A stretch of DNA of 64,000 bases from IMG/VR virus record IMGVR_UViG_3300021168_000013; one strand, 5' to 3'. The number at the start of each line of letters is the position of its first letter. Positions within the stretch are counted from its first letter, which is position 1. Positions 10,540 to 20,438 of the stretch are shown one piece after another. Under the pieces are notes generated by a model. The model was not told where the DNA came from and did no database searches. It saw only the letters and a list, made by a program, of their open reading frames with translations. The DNA is from a virus. The position numbers were made by a program, and so were the translations under genes.

Positions 10540-11873
10540 ACTACACTCTTGGATATATCATTTACTGGTTCCGATTTCTTGAGTTTTGGTAACTCTATTT
10601 TTTTGAGCCGAGGAAGCACAATTTTTTGTTCTATGGAAAATTCCGGCACATACTTATCGAGTAATCCATGCAAGTGTTTGTCCATGGCTTGTAAACTAAA
10701 CTTATCAGCATTTTCCAATCTCAACGCTTCAGCTTTATTAAGAGATTTTTCACTATAATTGTTAAATAAGCTTATAATTTTCTCTTCCGCCAAACTGTAA
10801 GAAACATAGAACCAATTACCTTCTTTAATTAGCCATTGATTTGCAGAAGAAGGATCAATTTGTTTTACTGTCCCATCTAACAATCCAGCATATTTCGCAT
10901 TTAAGAAATCAATATGTCCACTCCAATTAGGAGCCAATATTGGTTTACCACTCAATGTAGCCAATAACAATGGGTGACCGAATCCTTCACCATGTGTAAA
11001 GCTAATGTGTACTTTGACTTTTTCATGATTAAGTAATGCGTTCATCTCGACATCAGAAAGTTCTCCGTGTAATAGATAGACTTTTGGTAATTTACCAGAT
11101 ACACTGTCTTGGATTTCCTTGATTTTCTTTAACATGTCAGTTCTATCCGTGATACTGAAATTTACACCACTAGTTTTTAAAATCAAACATGGTTGTTTTT
11201 CTTTATCTTTAAAGGCATTGAGAAATGTCTTCACAAGATTTCCTATGTCTTTTCTGTCGTTGTATATTCCACCATGTGTCCATTGACCTACAAACAAGAA
11301 AGCGAAATTCTCGGGGATAGATGACATAACACCTTCTATAGTTTGAATTTTTTCATCGGTCTTTTTATAAATGCTGGTGTTTGCTCCCCAAAAACATACT
11401 TCGATTGGTTTGATACACTTTAATGGTTCTTTTCTTCCATCCTGATGTTGTTTAGTGTAATTGGCATTCTCAAAAACTTTTTTAACGAATGTAGAGGTAA
11501 CTATACCTAAATTCATACGATTCATCCCCTCAATGAATTCCCCACTTGGTTTATCGACCTCGATACCAGCAGTTATACCAACATTGTATTTCCCGACTGG
11601 TTGAAATTCATTTGGAATGGATATTTGAATAAACAAATCAGGTTGTTTATTCAAAGGTTGTCTCATAAAACAACTTAGAAGCTTTCTATCTTCGTCTGTG
11701 GCATTACTATCCTCGATAGTTTTTGGGGGACATCCTCCCCACTTAGTTGGCGCAATCAATAATTCATATTTATCATAACGAAGAATCGATTTGGCAATAT
11801 CAGTTGATAGATCACCATAACCGCTTCGACTATACACGGGACACTGCATCACACATAAAGGTTTGTTACTCAT
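10536..11873 (-). CDS. Glycosyltransferase family 4 (GT-B)
   Basis: SRSGYG N-terminus; THGEGFGHPLLLA. Confidence 0.85.
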   Translation of the reverse strand: MSNKPLCVMQCPVYSRSGYGDLSTDIAKSILRYDKYELLIAPTKWGGCPPKTIEDSNATDEDRKLLSCFMRQPLNKQPDLFIQISIPNEFQPVGKYNVGITAGIEVDKPSGEFIEGMNRMNLGIVTSTFVKKVFENANYTKQHQDGRKEPLKCIKPIEVCFWGANTSIYKKTDEKIQTIEGVMSSIPENFAFLFVGQWTHGGIYNDRKDIGNLVKTFLNAFKDKEKQPCLILKTSGVNFSITDRTDMLKKIKEIQDSVSGKLPKVYLLHGELSDVEMNALLNHEKVKVHISFTHGEGFGHPLLLATLSGKPILAPNWSGHIDFLNAKYAGLLDGTVKQIDPSSANQWLIKEGNWFYVSYSLAEEKIISLFNNYSEKSLNKAEALRLENADKFSLQAMDKHLHGLLDKYVPEFSIEQKIVLPRLKKIELPKLKKSEPVNDISKSVV

Positions 11874-12418
11874 ATATTCTTTTCGCGTTCTTTCATTATT
11901 TCACTATACTTAACTTTTGGGTTTACTTCTTCTGAATGCTTCTTTACATACATTTCTGTCAATGCCGATTTAACAGCCTCTGGGATTTTTATGGTTTTAT
12001 CGCTCATGTCCGTTGATCCAAATCCACTATTTCCTCTTTCGGTAATTGCCAAATCATCTACCACTAAAAACTCATGAGCATACCAATGTTCAAATATTAT
12101 TTGTGCAACTTTATCGCCAACTTTAATATCAAATGGTTCTTGACCTAGATTAACCAGTATTACCTTAACTTCACCAGTGTAATCGGGGTCTATAACACCA
12201 CCTAATACTTCTATACCAGCTTTTAATGCATTACCACTTCTTGGTGCGATTCTTCCGTACTGATCGGTTGGAATAGAAAAACATACATCAGTTTTAAAGG
12301 CGTAACGTTCCAATGGTTTCAATTGATAATCAACGGTACTATATAAATCATAACCAGCCGCATATTTACTGCCTTTAGTTGGTTTCTTGGCTTTCTCACT
12401 AAGTAACTTAATATTCAT
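11870..12418 (-). CDS. dut: dUTPase
   Basis: AGYDL, APRSG, GVIDPDYTGE, QIIF, RGNSGFGST motifs. Confidence 0.95.
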   Translation of the reverse strand: MNIKLLSEKAKKPTKGSKYAAGYDLYSTVDYQLKPLERYAFKTDVCFSIPTDQYGRIAPRSGNALKAGIEVLGGVIDPDYTGEVKVILVNLGQEPFDIKVGDKVAQIIFEHWYAHEFLVVDDLAITERGNSGFGSTDMSDKTIKIPEAVKSALTEMYVKKHSEEVNPKVKYSEIMKEREKNI

Positions 12419-12460
12419 AACTTATATTATAATCCTTTATCAAAACAACCTCAAGTTATT

Positions 12461-13456
12461 TTATTTAACAGCATGGTTATGTCCAAGCCTGATTAATTCC
12501 TCTTGAATTTTTGCTTTATCAATAACTGGTATTTCACCACCGATACTATCAAATGGTGGTCTTTGACCTCTAAACTCCTCAGCGGTATGAATGCTAAAAT
12601 GATTGCTTGGAACAAAGTTATCAAATACATACTTGGCACCCAATTTAAATTGTGCAGCCAAGTTCTTATGATTGATACCACCTTCATTCATTGCCCATCT
12701 ACGACCTTCTGAACCACAAATCTCACGTTGTTCATCGGTCATCAGATACCAGAACATGATAGCTTCTGCTACGTCTTCCCATTTACAAATATCATCAAAT
12801 ATATATGGAGTCGGTACACTTCCTTGAATATAACGTGCCGTCGGCCACACAGGTTTAGCCCATATACCATGTTTTTTATATTTACCTGTATGATTGCTTC
12901 CAAACGTTATACCAAATTCAAAATCAGCACCATTTTCACACTTCTGATCGATTTGATCTTGTAATCCACCAGTAACATTAACAATGATTGGGGTTCCACT
13001 CATTATAGATTCAGCCGTACTTAGTCCAAACCCTTCATTGCTTGTTATATTAACGGTGATGTCAGCAATGTTATAATTAAGATTCATTTCTTCTGGAGCA
13101 CATTTAGCTTCGTCAAATATAACATTATATTTATTACATAATGCTTCTTTGACTGCCGGTAAATCCGTGCCAGCCTCTAATACTTTCTCAGTATGCATTA
13201 ATAATACACATTTATCTGCTTGTTCTGGAGTCAAATTATCACAGAACGCTCTAAATGCTAAGATTAGATTACTGGTTCTCTTACGTTGAATATTACGACT
13301 GTTGTAAAATACAACAAATTCATATTCTTTATCACCAAACAGCTTGCGTCGGTGTGCTTTGAGAGCCTTGTCATCTTTTGGTAGAGGTCTAAACAAATCA
13401 CTGTTTATACCATGGGGAACCAAGTGAATTAATGTTTTTCCGTTTTTTAGAGGCAT
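12461..13456 (-). CDS. GT4 glycosyltransferase, C-terminal half of a split gene
   Basis: VPHGIN, NSRNIQRKR, SNEGFGLS. Confidence 0.8.
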   Translation of the reverse strand: MPLKNGKTLIHLVPHGINSDLFRPLPKDDKALKAHRRKLFGDKEYEFVVFYNSRNIQRKRTSNLILAFRAFCDNLTPEQADKCVLLMHTEKVLEAGTDLPAVKEALCNKYNVIFDEAKCAPEEMNLNYNIADITVNITSNEGFGLSTAESIMSGTPIIVNVTGGLQDQIDQKCENGADFEFGITFGSNHTGKYKKHGIWAKPVWPTARYIQGSVPTPYIFDDICKWEDVAEAIMFWYLMTDEQREICGSEGRRWAMNEGGINHKNLAAQFKLGAKYVFDNFVPSNHFSIHTAEEFRGQRPPFDSIGGEIPVIDKAKIQEELIRLGHNHAVK

Positions 13457-13459
13457 ATG

Positions 13460-13882
13460 TTATTCCTTAATGACGATCTTATCAAATGATAGTTTTAATT
13501 GTATGATAGCAATATCAGTATGTCCTGCCCAATCCAAGTCAGGCCCAGTTAATTCCACAATGGCACAATCAGTGGCCACCCAAATTTCAGCAACTTCTCC
13601 AGTTGGATGCAATTCCTTAACCTCCAATTCAATTTTTGGGTATGTACCCATAGTATTGAACAACTTAAAATATGTATTATATCCAAGAACTTCGTATATA
13701 TTTATCACAATATTATTGGACTTATTATATTGGGTGATTTCTGGTCGCCCGATCCCCTTAATAATGTGACTGGGGACAAATATTTTATCATCCAGAAATA
13801 ATTTAGCAATAAACCTATTAGGCTGTTTAGGATTCCACGAGGTATTGTACACCTCAGATATGTTTATTTTGTTACCGATCAT
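13460..13882 (-). CDS. Tail-tube (gp19-like) paralog lying between the two GT halves
   Basis: PKQPNRF...PSHIIK...RP...LHPTGEVAEIW...LDW...I.LKLSFD resembles myovirus tube proteins; recognised by eye. Confidence 0.5.
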   Translation of the reverse strand: MIGNKINISEVYNTSWNPKQPNRFIAKLFLDDKIFVPSHIIKGIGRPEITQYNKSNNIVINIYEVLGYNTYFKLFNTMGTYPKIELEVKELHPTGEVAEIWVATDCAIVELTGPDLDWAGHTDIAIIQLKLSFDKIVIKE

Positions 13883-14439
13883 ACATTTTCCTTTTTTAGT
13901 AAGTTACCAACCATATCAAACTCGTTTCCATAAATATTACAACAATTTTCAGCACCAATAACATGTTTATGAATATTGTTACTCTGTTTACTGATAGCAA
14001 ATACTCCATCGCAACTCATATATCCCGGACGATTCCACATTGGATATGGAACATCGTCCCATAATGCCCAGTAGACAATTGGGATTTTGGTTCTGATCTG
14101 TCTCTCAATCGAAAATAACCATCCATAGAATCTGGGATCGGTGATCATACATACCATGTCTGGTTTTTCTTGATTGATGATAGCAAACAGAAGATTCTCG
14201 TCACCATACCCATTAACTGGATAAAGTCTGACATATGCATCTTTTACTCCAGTCATTTGTCTTGTAGCTTCATCCAAATCAACAACTTTTCCAGCTTCAG
14301 GATGTTGGATAGCACCAGCCATACAACAAATATCATATTCGTCAACGAGTCCCAATACCAATTCTCTAAGTTGTGTTGCCACACCAGAATGCATTCGTAA
14401 GTCGTCTCCTATCCAAAGCATTTTCTTTTTCTTTGTCAT
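13879..14439 (-). CDS. GT4 glycosyltransferase, N-terminal half of a split gene
   Basis: LWIGDDLRMHSGVAT, TDPRF, WDDVPYP; start adjusted to MTKKKK. Confidence 0.8.
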   Translation of the reverse strand: MTKKKKMLWIGDDLRMHSGVATQLRELVLGLVDEYDICCMAGAIQHPEAGKVVDLDEATRQMTGVKDAYVRLYPVNGYGDENLLFAIINQEKPDMVCMITDPRFYGWLFSIERQIRTKIPIVYWALWDDVPYPMWNRPGYMSCDGVFAISKQSNNIHKHVIGAENCCNIYGNEFDMVGNLLKKENV

Positions 14440-14440
14440 A

Positions 14441-14674
14441 TTATAATAAGCTTGATCCTGTAATAGTAAGTGAAGTGGTTTGTGCAGCACTACTTAATGT
14501 GGGCATAATACAATTATAAACTTTATCTCGAAATACCTCATCATTAACATATAACCACATGCTTCTAATGACTAAATCTTTAAGATAAAACCTATGTCGG
14601 ATATTTAATATTTTGAATTCGTTATAGAGTGAGTTCTCTATTTTTATTGTAGTGGTAGTTACTGTGTCATTCAT
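14441..14674 (-). CDS. Small hypothetical protein, possible ribbon-helix-helix
   Basis: TTTIKIENSLYNEFK strand-helix pattern. Confidence 0.45.
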   Translation of the reverse strand: MNDTVTTTTIKIENSLYNEFKILNIRHRFYLKDLVIRSMWLYVNDEVFRDKVYNCIMPTLSSAAQTTSLTITGSSLL

Positions 14675-14718
14675 AATTGTGCATATGTGTATATGTATAA
14701 TTGAATGAGGCAATATAT

Positions 14719-15138
14719 TTATTTTATTTTATCAATAACACGGTCAATTACAATTTGGGCACGGTTGGATGGAAGTTTTGTTAGAAATGATCGGTATACG
14801 CCATTGGCGTATGGTGGAGTTAATCCTTTTGATGTATATTGTGCGGCGGTAATGTCCAATATTTCTTTTGAATCGTTCTGTAACCACCAGTGGGATATCC
14901 CACTGGAATCTTTGTTTTGGTAAGGACGATAATTTATATATTTATCACCAAACATCATTGTCCATATGAAATAGAAAGCTGTTTCAGATGCAACGTAACA
15001 ATGACCGTACATTGGATTTGTTGTGTTTTCTTTTCTATATGTTGGTTTTAATAAATCTGGGGTAAGACAGTCTTGAATAACTAACACAAGATCATCCATG
15101 GATTTATTAAAAGTCAAGCTTGTCTGGTTTTGCATCAC
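14719..15138 (-). CDS. Hypothetical protein
   Basis: GHCYVASE...HWWL motif. Confidence 0.55.
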   Translation of the reverse strand: MMQNQTSLTFNKSMDDLVLVIQDCLTPDLLKPTYRKENTTNPMYGHCYVASETAFYFIWTMMFGDKYINYRPYQNKDSSGISHWWLQNDSKEILDITAAQYTSKGLTPPYANGVYRSFLTKLPSNRAQIVIDRVIDKIK

Positions 15139-16033
15139 AGTTTACTTTTTTATGTGGGCAATATGTGCAATTTTTCTTGTTCTTGCCCGGAATTTTTGGG
15201 TATTTACCATTTACATTATATTCGCCCTTCACTGTAAAACATTCATTGATGAAATTGGAAAAACTGTTAAGTGTTTCAGCCACGGCAGCATGAGTATGCG
15301 TTGGTCTATATAATTGTATGTGACTTTGTGGAAAATCAACATTCTCATAGAGTTTTCTCTTTAAAATAAAGAACTCAACTTCGATGTCATTAAGAGGAAC
15401 ACCGAATTTCTTGGAATAGAAAGCCTTATACAACAATATTTGTTCATAGGTGGCAGGGTCTTCCTTCTTACTATCTCTCCAACCTAGCGTAGATGTTTTA
15501 AAATCGTATATCTTGATTTTTCCCGTTGATTTCTCTTTCAATATCAAATCAACGTATGCCACAAACTCCACATTATTCCTGAGTTTAGCATCTAGTGGTA
15601 ATTCAGTACCGATGAATTCATATTTGTTATTTGGAAAATGTTTGATTCTGGTAGATGTATTAAGAAATGCTCTTAGAATGTCTTCGGAGTTATAAAAGAA
15701 TTCGGTATATTCATCATCGGTATATGTGAAGTTTTTGTTTTGTTCCTTCGATTTGATAAGTTCTTCGTCAAATTTCTCTTTAAATAACTTATTTAAGTTA
15801 AGAGCATCAGCAACCTCAAATGATTCCTTATACAATTTCTCAATATAGGTTTGTAAGGCATAATGTATAGCTGTCCCGAAACAAGTATTCAAGCTTGGAT
15901 CATATATCCGTTTGCCTTCTAAATAATTAAGTCTCCATGCATTAGGACATCGTGAATACATTGCGTATTGACTGAATGATACCCTTTTCTTTCTTGTTTC
16001 GGATGTTTGTTCCATATTTATACATACTAACAT
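15107..16033 (-). CDS. PD-(D/E)XK nuclease (RecB/Cas4-like phage exonuclease)
   Basis: SFSQY..CP, FGTAIH, YVDL, YDFKTS, C-terminal CxxC. Confidence 0.85.
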   Translation of the reverse strand: MLVCINMEQTSETRKKRVSFSQYAMYSRCPNAWRLNYLEGKRIYDPSLNTCFGTAIHYALQTYIEKLYKESFEVADALNLNKLFKEKFDEELIKSKEQNKNFTYTDDEYTEFFYNSEDILRAFLNTSTRIKHFPNNKYEFIGTELPLDAKLRNNVEFVAYVDLILKEKSTGKIKIYDFKTSTLGWRDSKKEDPATYEQILLYKAFYSKKFGVPLNDIEVEFFILKRKLYENVDFPQSHIQLYRPTHTHAAVAETLNSFSNFINECFTVKGEYNVNGKYPKIPGKNKKNCTYCPHKKVNCDAKPDKLDF

Positions 16034-16041
16034 ATATTACC

Positions 16042-16797
16042 ATGAAAATCAATATATTATATTACCTTATAGTTTCGTTATCTCTATGCCTTAGTGTACA
16101 TTCCCAACAATTTGGGTTTATTGATAGTAAAGGAAATCCCAACCTTGAAAATATAATAAACAACTCATTATCTGAGTCTCCTGTTCTAATCGGTAAGACA
16201 TACAGTGTCAATCAAAACAATTATAATCTATCTACCAGCAATGATGTGGTGACACTCAAATTGTCATGTGATACCACAATCAAATTAAATAATAACACAT
16301 CTTTAAATTTCGATTCTTTTGATCAATTCACTATCATTACACCTTACCCACAACAAACTCAATATAATGATTTTAATTGTAATTTATCATTATTAAATGG
16401 TGAAATTGAGATAATTAATGAATCTGTCACCAATGGACTTTATATAAACACTGAATTAGCCTGTATAATCCTTGGTGATGGTAGATTTGTTATAAAAAGT
16501 GACGGACACAGTAGCACATTTATTATAATTCAAGGCAATGCCACTATAATGGATAACATGGGGAAGAAATTATACAAAGTCAAGGATAAAGATATTATTA
16601 CAGTGACACCACGACCAATTTTATCAGGTAAAGCGGAGAATTCCATGAAAAAGCAGAATATTGTGACTACATCCATTTTAGATGATATGGATGATGGAGT
16701 ATTAGTGAATGAATTTAATATTTTGAATGTAGCACAACATCAATACATCTTTATAACAATTGATGGAATGAATAGGTTTGTTAAACTTAGAAATTAA
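16042..16797 (+). CDS. Secreted FecR-like beta-domain protein
   Basis: Signal-peptide-like N-terminus (ILYYLIVSLSLCLSVHS); FecR-like INTELACIILGDGRF...IIQG. Confidence 0.45.
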   Translation: MKINILYYLIVSLSLCLSVHSQQFGFIDSKGNPNLENIINNSLSESPVLIGKTYSVNQNNYNLSTSNDVVTLKLSCDTTIKLNNNTSLNFDSFDQFTIITPYPQQTQYNDFNCNLSLLNGEIEIINESVTNGLYINTELACIILGDGRFVIKSDGHSSTFIIIQGNATIMDNMGKKLYKVKDKDIITVTPRPILSGKAENSMKKQNIVTTSILDDMDDGVLVNEFNILNVAQHQYIFITIDGMNRFVKLRN

Positions 16798-17068
16798 ACT
16801 GTAATTGGTTATCACCATCGTCATCAACGTAATCACTCCATGTCATTCTTAATGATGTTGGATCAATTTTCACATATTGAATGGCGTCATTTCTATGAAA
16901 ATCTCCAAATGATGGCCCCCACGATTGATGGAATGTGTATTTCCTGCCGTCTTTTACAATATTTATAATAACGGAAACATTACTACATGCATCACGATAA
17001 TCAACGTGTTCCGTGTAGTGATTAAGTTTACCGCTTTTACAGAATTTTATAAGTTCTTTTGGACTCAT
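16787..17068 (-). CDS. Hypothetical protein
   Basis: ORF overlapping upstream minus-strand gene. Confidence 0.55.
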   Translation of the reverse strand: MSPKELIKFCKSGKLNHYTEHVDYRDACSNVSVIINIVKDGRKYTFHQSWGPSFGDFHRNDAIQYVKIDPTSLRMTWSDYVDDDGDNQLQFNF

Positions 17069-17241
17069 GGTTGTACCGCTGTATTTTGCTCATCAATAAT
17101 GGCTTTGATCTCACTTTCGATGTCTTTAATTTCTTCGTTGTACGTATCATTAGCCTCTTTCTTCTGTCTCTTGATTTCCAAGAGTTGTTCTTGCAATTTA
17201 TAGGTTTTTTGTTCGGCTTGGGTTCTTGTAAGTGCTGGCAT
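17065..17241 (-). CDS. 58-aa coiled-coil hypothetical protein (not in ORF track)
   Basis: Manual translation MPALTRTQAEQKTYKLQEQLLEIKRQ...; ATGA overlap with next gene. Confidence 0.6.
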   Translation of the reverse strand: MPALTRTQAEQKTYKLQEQLLEIKRQKKEANDTYNEEIKDIESEIKAIIDEQNTAVQP

Positions 17242-17302
17242 AAGTTTATTATTAATATATTATATCTTTACAAAACGTGAGTTTTGGTTTACAATATATA
17301 GT

Positions 17303-19912
17303 ATGTATAAATCGATTTATTACGATAAACTTAAAGGTCTTTTGCATCTTTGGGATGATGAGCTTGGATATGTCTGTAGAAAATACAGAAACTATGCCTT
17401 CATGAAAAGTGAATTCGGAAAATTCCAAACACTACATGGTGAAAAAGTTGATAAGATATATGATTTTAAATATGGTGACTACAATACATACGAATCCGAT
17501 CTTACGGCTGAGACAAAAATTCTTGTAGATTTATATAGGGATCAAGATGATCCTCCAAAAAATTTAAAAACGATAATAATCGATATCGAAACAGACACCA
17601 CAGGAGGAAATCCAGATGTCAACATATTCAATAAAGAGATTACGGCTTTTTCTTATTATGAGAGGATGACCAATTTATATAAGTGTTTACTTTTAGATAA
17701 AGATGGTCAAGTTGATGGATATACAAAAGATAATACGGAAGTAATTACTTTTTCCGATGAAGAATCGCTGTTGAATGGTATATTGACCGTTTTTGAACAA
17801 ATACGGCCAGATATCGTAACAGGTTGGAACATTTGTTATAACGGATATTATGGTGATGGTGGAGGATTCGACATAAGATACATTTATGGTAGAATATGTA
17901 AGATACTTGGGGTTAATCAAGCAAATCGTTTGTCTGAAATCGGAAAATGTTATGTAAAAGAGCGAGATAAAACGGTTGTTATTGCGGGTGTAAACACATT
18001 AGACTATTTGTTATTATATAAGAAGTTTCGATTTGAACCTAGACAGAATTATACATTGGATCACATTGGCACAGTTGAATTTGGTCAAGGTAAAATTAAA
18101 TACGAGGGATCATTGCATAAATTATACAAAGAAGATATAAAAAAGTTCATTGAATATAACCTTTGTGACGTTGAGATCGTAAAAAAATTGGATGATCAGT
18201 TTAAATTCTTGGATTTGGCCGTTGGTGTAACTTCCATTGGGCATGTTCCATTTGAATGGTTTCATATGTCATCCAGATTCATTGAAGGGGCTATTATAAC
18301 ATATATGCGCAGAAATGGTAACATTGTTGCCCCAAATAAACCCATTGCAATTGATGATGAAGTAGAAGAACAAGCAATGGCTCATTATAACAAACTAATG
18401 AAAGAAAAAGGTGAGGAAGAGGAAGATGATGACGACAGTTTCGTTGGTGCGTATGTAAAAAATCCTGTTCCACAATTATATTCATGGGTTTTCTCTGTTG
18501 ATATAAATTCCCTATATCCGTCCACCATTAGGACACTAAACATTAGTCCTGAAACGTATATTGGGAGAATAGCTGACTGGAGTGTGGAAAATTATGTCGG
18601 CAATAAACTCACCGAAGTAAAAATAGCTGGCGAGACTTATTCAGTAGACGAATTTAAAAATTTCATTAATACTGAACAGATAAATGTTTCATCCATTGGT
18701 GCTATGTATGACGGAAAGAAAGCGGGAATCATACCAACAATATTGGATATGTGGTTTACTCAGCGTATTGAGTTCCAAGACTTAATGAAAAAGTATGGCA
18801 AAGAGGGAAACAAAGAAAAAGAGGAATATTATTCTCGCCGACAACACGTTCAGAAGATTTTCTTGAATTCTGTATATGGTATCTTGGGATTAAACAGTAG
18901 CAGATTCTATAGTAAGGATAATGCCGAATCAACAACTCTTACGGGGCAGACAATCATCAAAACTTCCGAAAAAATAGTGATTGAATACTTTAAGGAGAAA
19001 TATAACAAGTATAACAAGACTATTGATAATGTTGATAACGTTGTTCAGTATATTGATACGGACAGTTTGTATGTATCCGTTGCCGCCCTTGGTGCCTTGG
19101 AAGGTATTAAGGAAGAGGATATGAAAGAATACACCAAAAAGGTTTGTAGCGAGATTGTGGAACGATTAAATGCTTTTTATCCTACAATAACCAAGAAAAT
19201 GTTTAATTCAGATAATAACAAGATCAAAATCGCCGCAGACACAATAAATTCCACGGCATTATGGAAAAAGAAGAAAGCGTATGCTCTAAATCAAGTATAT
19301 GACATGAGTAAGAATAAGGATGTCAGTAAAATGAAAGTTGTTGGATTGAGTAGCGTAAGATCAGACTTTCCACTCAAGTTTAAAACTTTCTATGAACAAT
19401 TTTTGAAGGATATATTAAATAGACAAGGTTTAACTAATATAAATAAGAAGGTTCTTGAACTATGTGAGAATTTAAAGAATTGTACTATCGTGGAGTTGGC
19501 AAAGAATACATCTGTCAAGTTTTTTAGTGAGAAAAAGGGAATAAACTTCGATCCAAAGAAACGACAGAAGTTTGTTATTGAGGATGGAGCTACGGCACAA
19601 TGTAAGGCAGCTTTGATGTATAATGATCTATTGGTTAAATTCAAATTGAACACCAAGGTTGAACCAATCTACTCAGGACAGAAAATTAAGTATGTATATT
19701 TGGCTGATAATCCATATGGAATTGATGCGTTGGCTTTTAAAAACGATGGAACCGATCCAAAAGAGATAATGGACATAATCAATGAATATTGTGATAAAAA
19801 CAGGATGTATACGTCTGTATTAGAGAATAAGATAGAGGATTTTTATAGAATATTGGGTTGGCAAATGCCATCCTTGGTGGAAGCCAAAGCTAGTGAGTTT
19901 TTTGAATTTTAA
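17303..19912 (+). CDS. Family B DNA polymerase (T4 gp43-like)
   Basis: DIET and YNLCD exonuclease motifs; DINSLYPS, KIFLNSVYG, YIDTDS. Confidence 0.97.
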   Translation: MYKSIYYDKLKGLLHLWDDELGYVCRKYRNYAFMKSEFGKFQTLHGEKVDKIYDFKYGDYNTYESDLTAETKILVDLYRDQDDPPKNLKTIIIDIETDTTGGNPDVNIFNKEITAFSYYERMTNLYKCLLLDKDGQVDGYTKDNTEVITFSDEESLLNGILTVFEQIRPDIVTGWNICYNGYYGDGGGFDIRYIYGRICKILGVNQANRLSEIGKCYVKERDKTVVIAGVNTLDYLLLYKKFRFEPRQNYTLDHIGTVEFGQGKIKYEGSLHKLYKEDIKKFIEYNLCDVEIVKKLDDQFKFLDLAVGVTSIGHVPFEWFHMSSRFIEGAIITYMRRNGNIVAPNKPIAIDDEVEEQAMAHYNKLMKEKGEEEEDDDDSFVGAYVKNPVPQLYSWVFSVDINSLYPSTIRTLNISPETYIGRIADWSVENYVGNKLTEVKIAGETYSVDEFKNFINTEQINVSSIGAMYDGKKAGIIPTILDMWFTQRIEFQDLMKKYGKEGNKEKEEYYSRRQHVQKIFLNSVYGILGLNSSRFYSKDNAESTTLTGQTIIKTSEKIVIEYFKEKYNKYNKTIDNVDNVVQYIDTDSLYVSVAALGALEGIKEEDMKEYTKKVCSEIVERLNAFYPTITKKMFNSDNNKIKIAADTINSTALWKKKKAYALNQVYDMSKNKDVSKMKVVGLSSVRSDFPLKFKTFYEQFLKDILNRQGLTNINKKVLELCENLKNCTIVELAKNTSVKFFSEKKGINFDPKKRQKFVIEDGATAQCKAALMYNDLLVKFKLNTKVEPIYSGQKIKYVYLADNPYGIDALAFKNDGTDPKEIMDIINEYCDKNRMYTSVLENKIEDFYRILGWQMPSLVEAKASEFFEF

Positions 19913-19915
19913 AAT

Positions 19916-20179
19916 ATGAGAAAAGGAACATACATTTGTAGAAAACATAACAAGACTGCTAGGGGAGGTTTACATACACCACTTTGTCCCATATGTCGAG
20001 AGGAAATGGAAGGATTGGGGTTTAAGCAACGTATTGGACATTGTGGGCAGTTCGATAAGGTTGAGAGAAAAACACGCAATCTTGATGGACAAAGAGAAGT
20101 TATGTCAAGCAGAGTAAGAAAGCTTAAACGGCAGGAATTAATGGAGCAATTTAAGAAAAGACAGAATTTTAGTATATAA
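19916..20179 (+). CDS. Small basic Zn-ribbon hypothetical protein
   Basis: CxxH and CxxC pairs. Confidence 0.5.
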   Translation: MRKGTYICRKHNKTARGGLHTPLCPICREEMEGLGFKQRIGHCGQFDKVERKTRNLDGQREVMSSRVRKLKRQELMEQFKKRQNFSI

Positions 20180-20251
20180 TAACTAGACAATCATATAAAG
20201 TGTGTTATACTAATTGAGTATTAGACAGTTATAAACTAAGGAAACTAAAAT

Positions 20252-20437
20252 ATGGAAACAAACTTAATAAATCGTAGTGCAGTAAAGAAGTTGGCATTAA
20301 AATATGCCACGGAAGCAAATAAACCCCAACTAACTCGTGTCAGTGCTGAATTTGCTGTTAGAGCCAACGCCGCATTGAATGCATGGATTCGTAATGAAGT
20401 AAATGGTCACCCGACTGACGGTAAGACCATTAGGTAA
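20252..20437 (+). CDS. Minimal histone-fold-like protein (bacterial-histone type)
   Basis: LINRSAVKKLA / RVSAEF / DGKTI pattern matches histone-fold alpha1, L1-alpha2 and L2; preceded by a TAGACA..TATACT promoter-like element. Confidence 0.6.
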   Translation: METNLINRSAVKKLALKYATEANKPQLTRVSAEFAVRANAALNAWIRNEVNGHPTDGKTIR

Positions 20438-20438
20438 T

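Noticed and set aside
13436-13899. T4 gene-60-style ribosomal bypass between the GT halves
   Set aside because: The gap is about 450 nt, contains a complete gene, and the C half has its own ATG
15107-16033. Cas4 adaptation gene for the array
   Set aside because: 45 kb away in the replication block with no cas1/cas2; typical stand-alone phage PD-(D/E)XK nuclease
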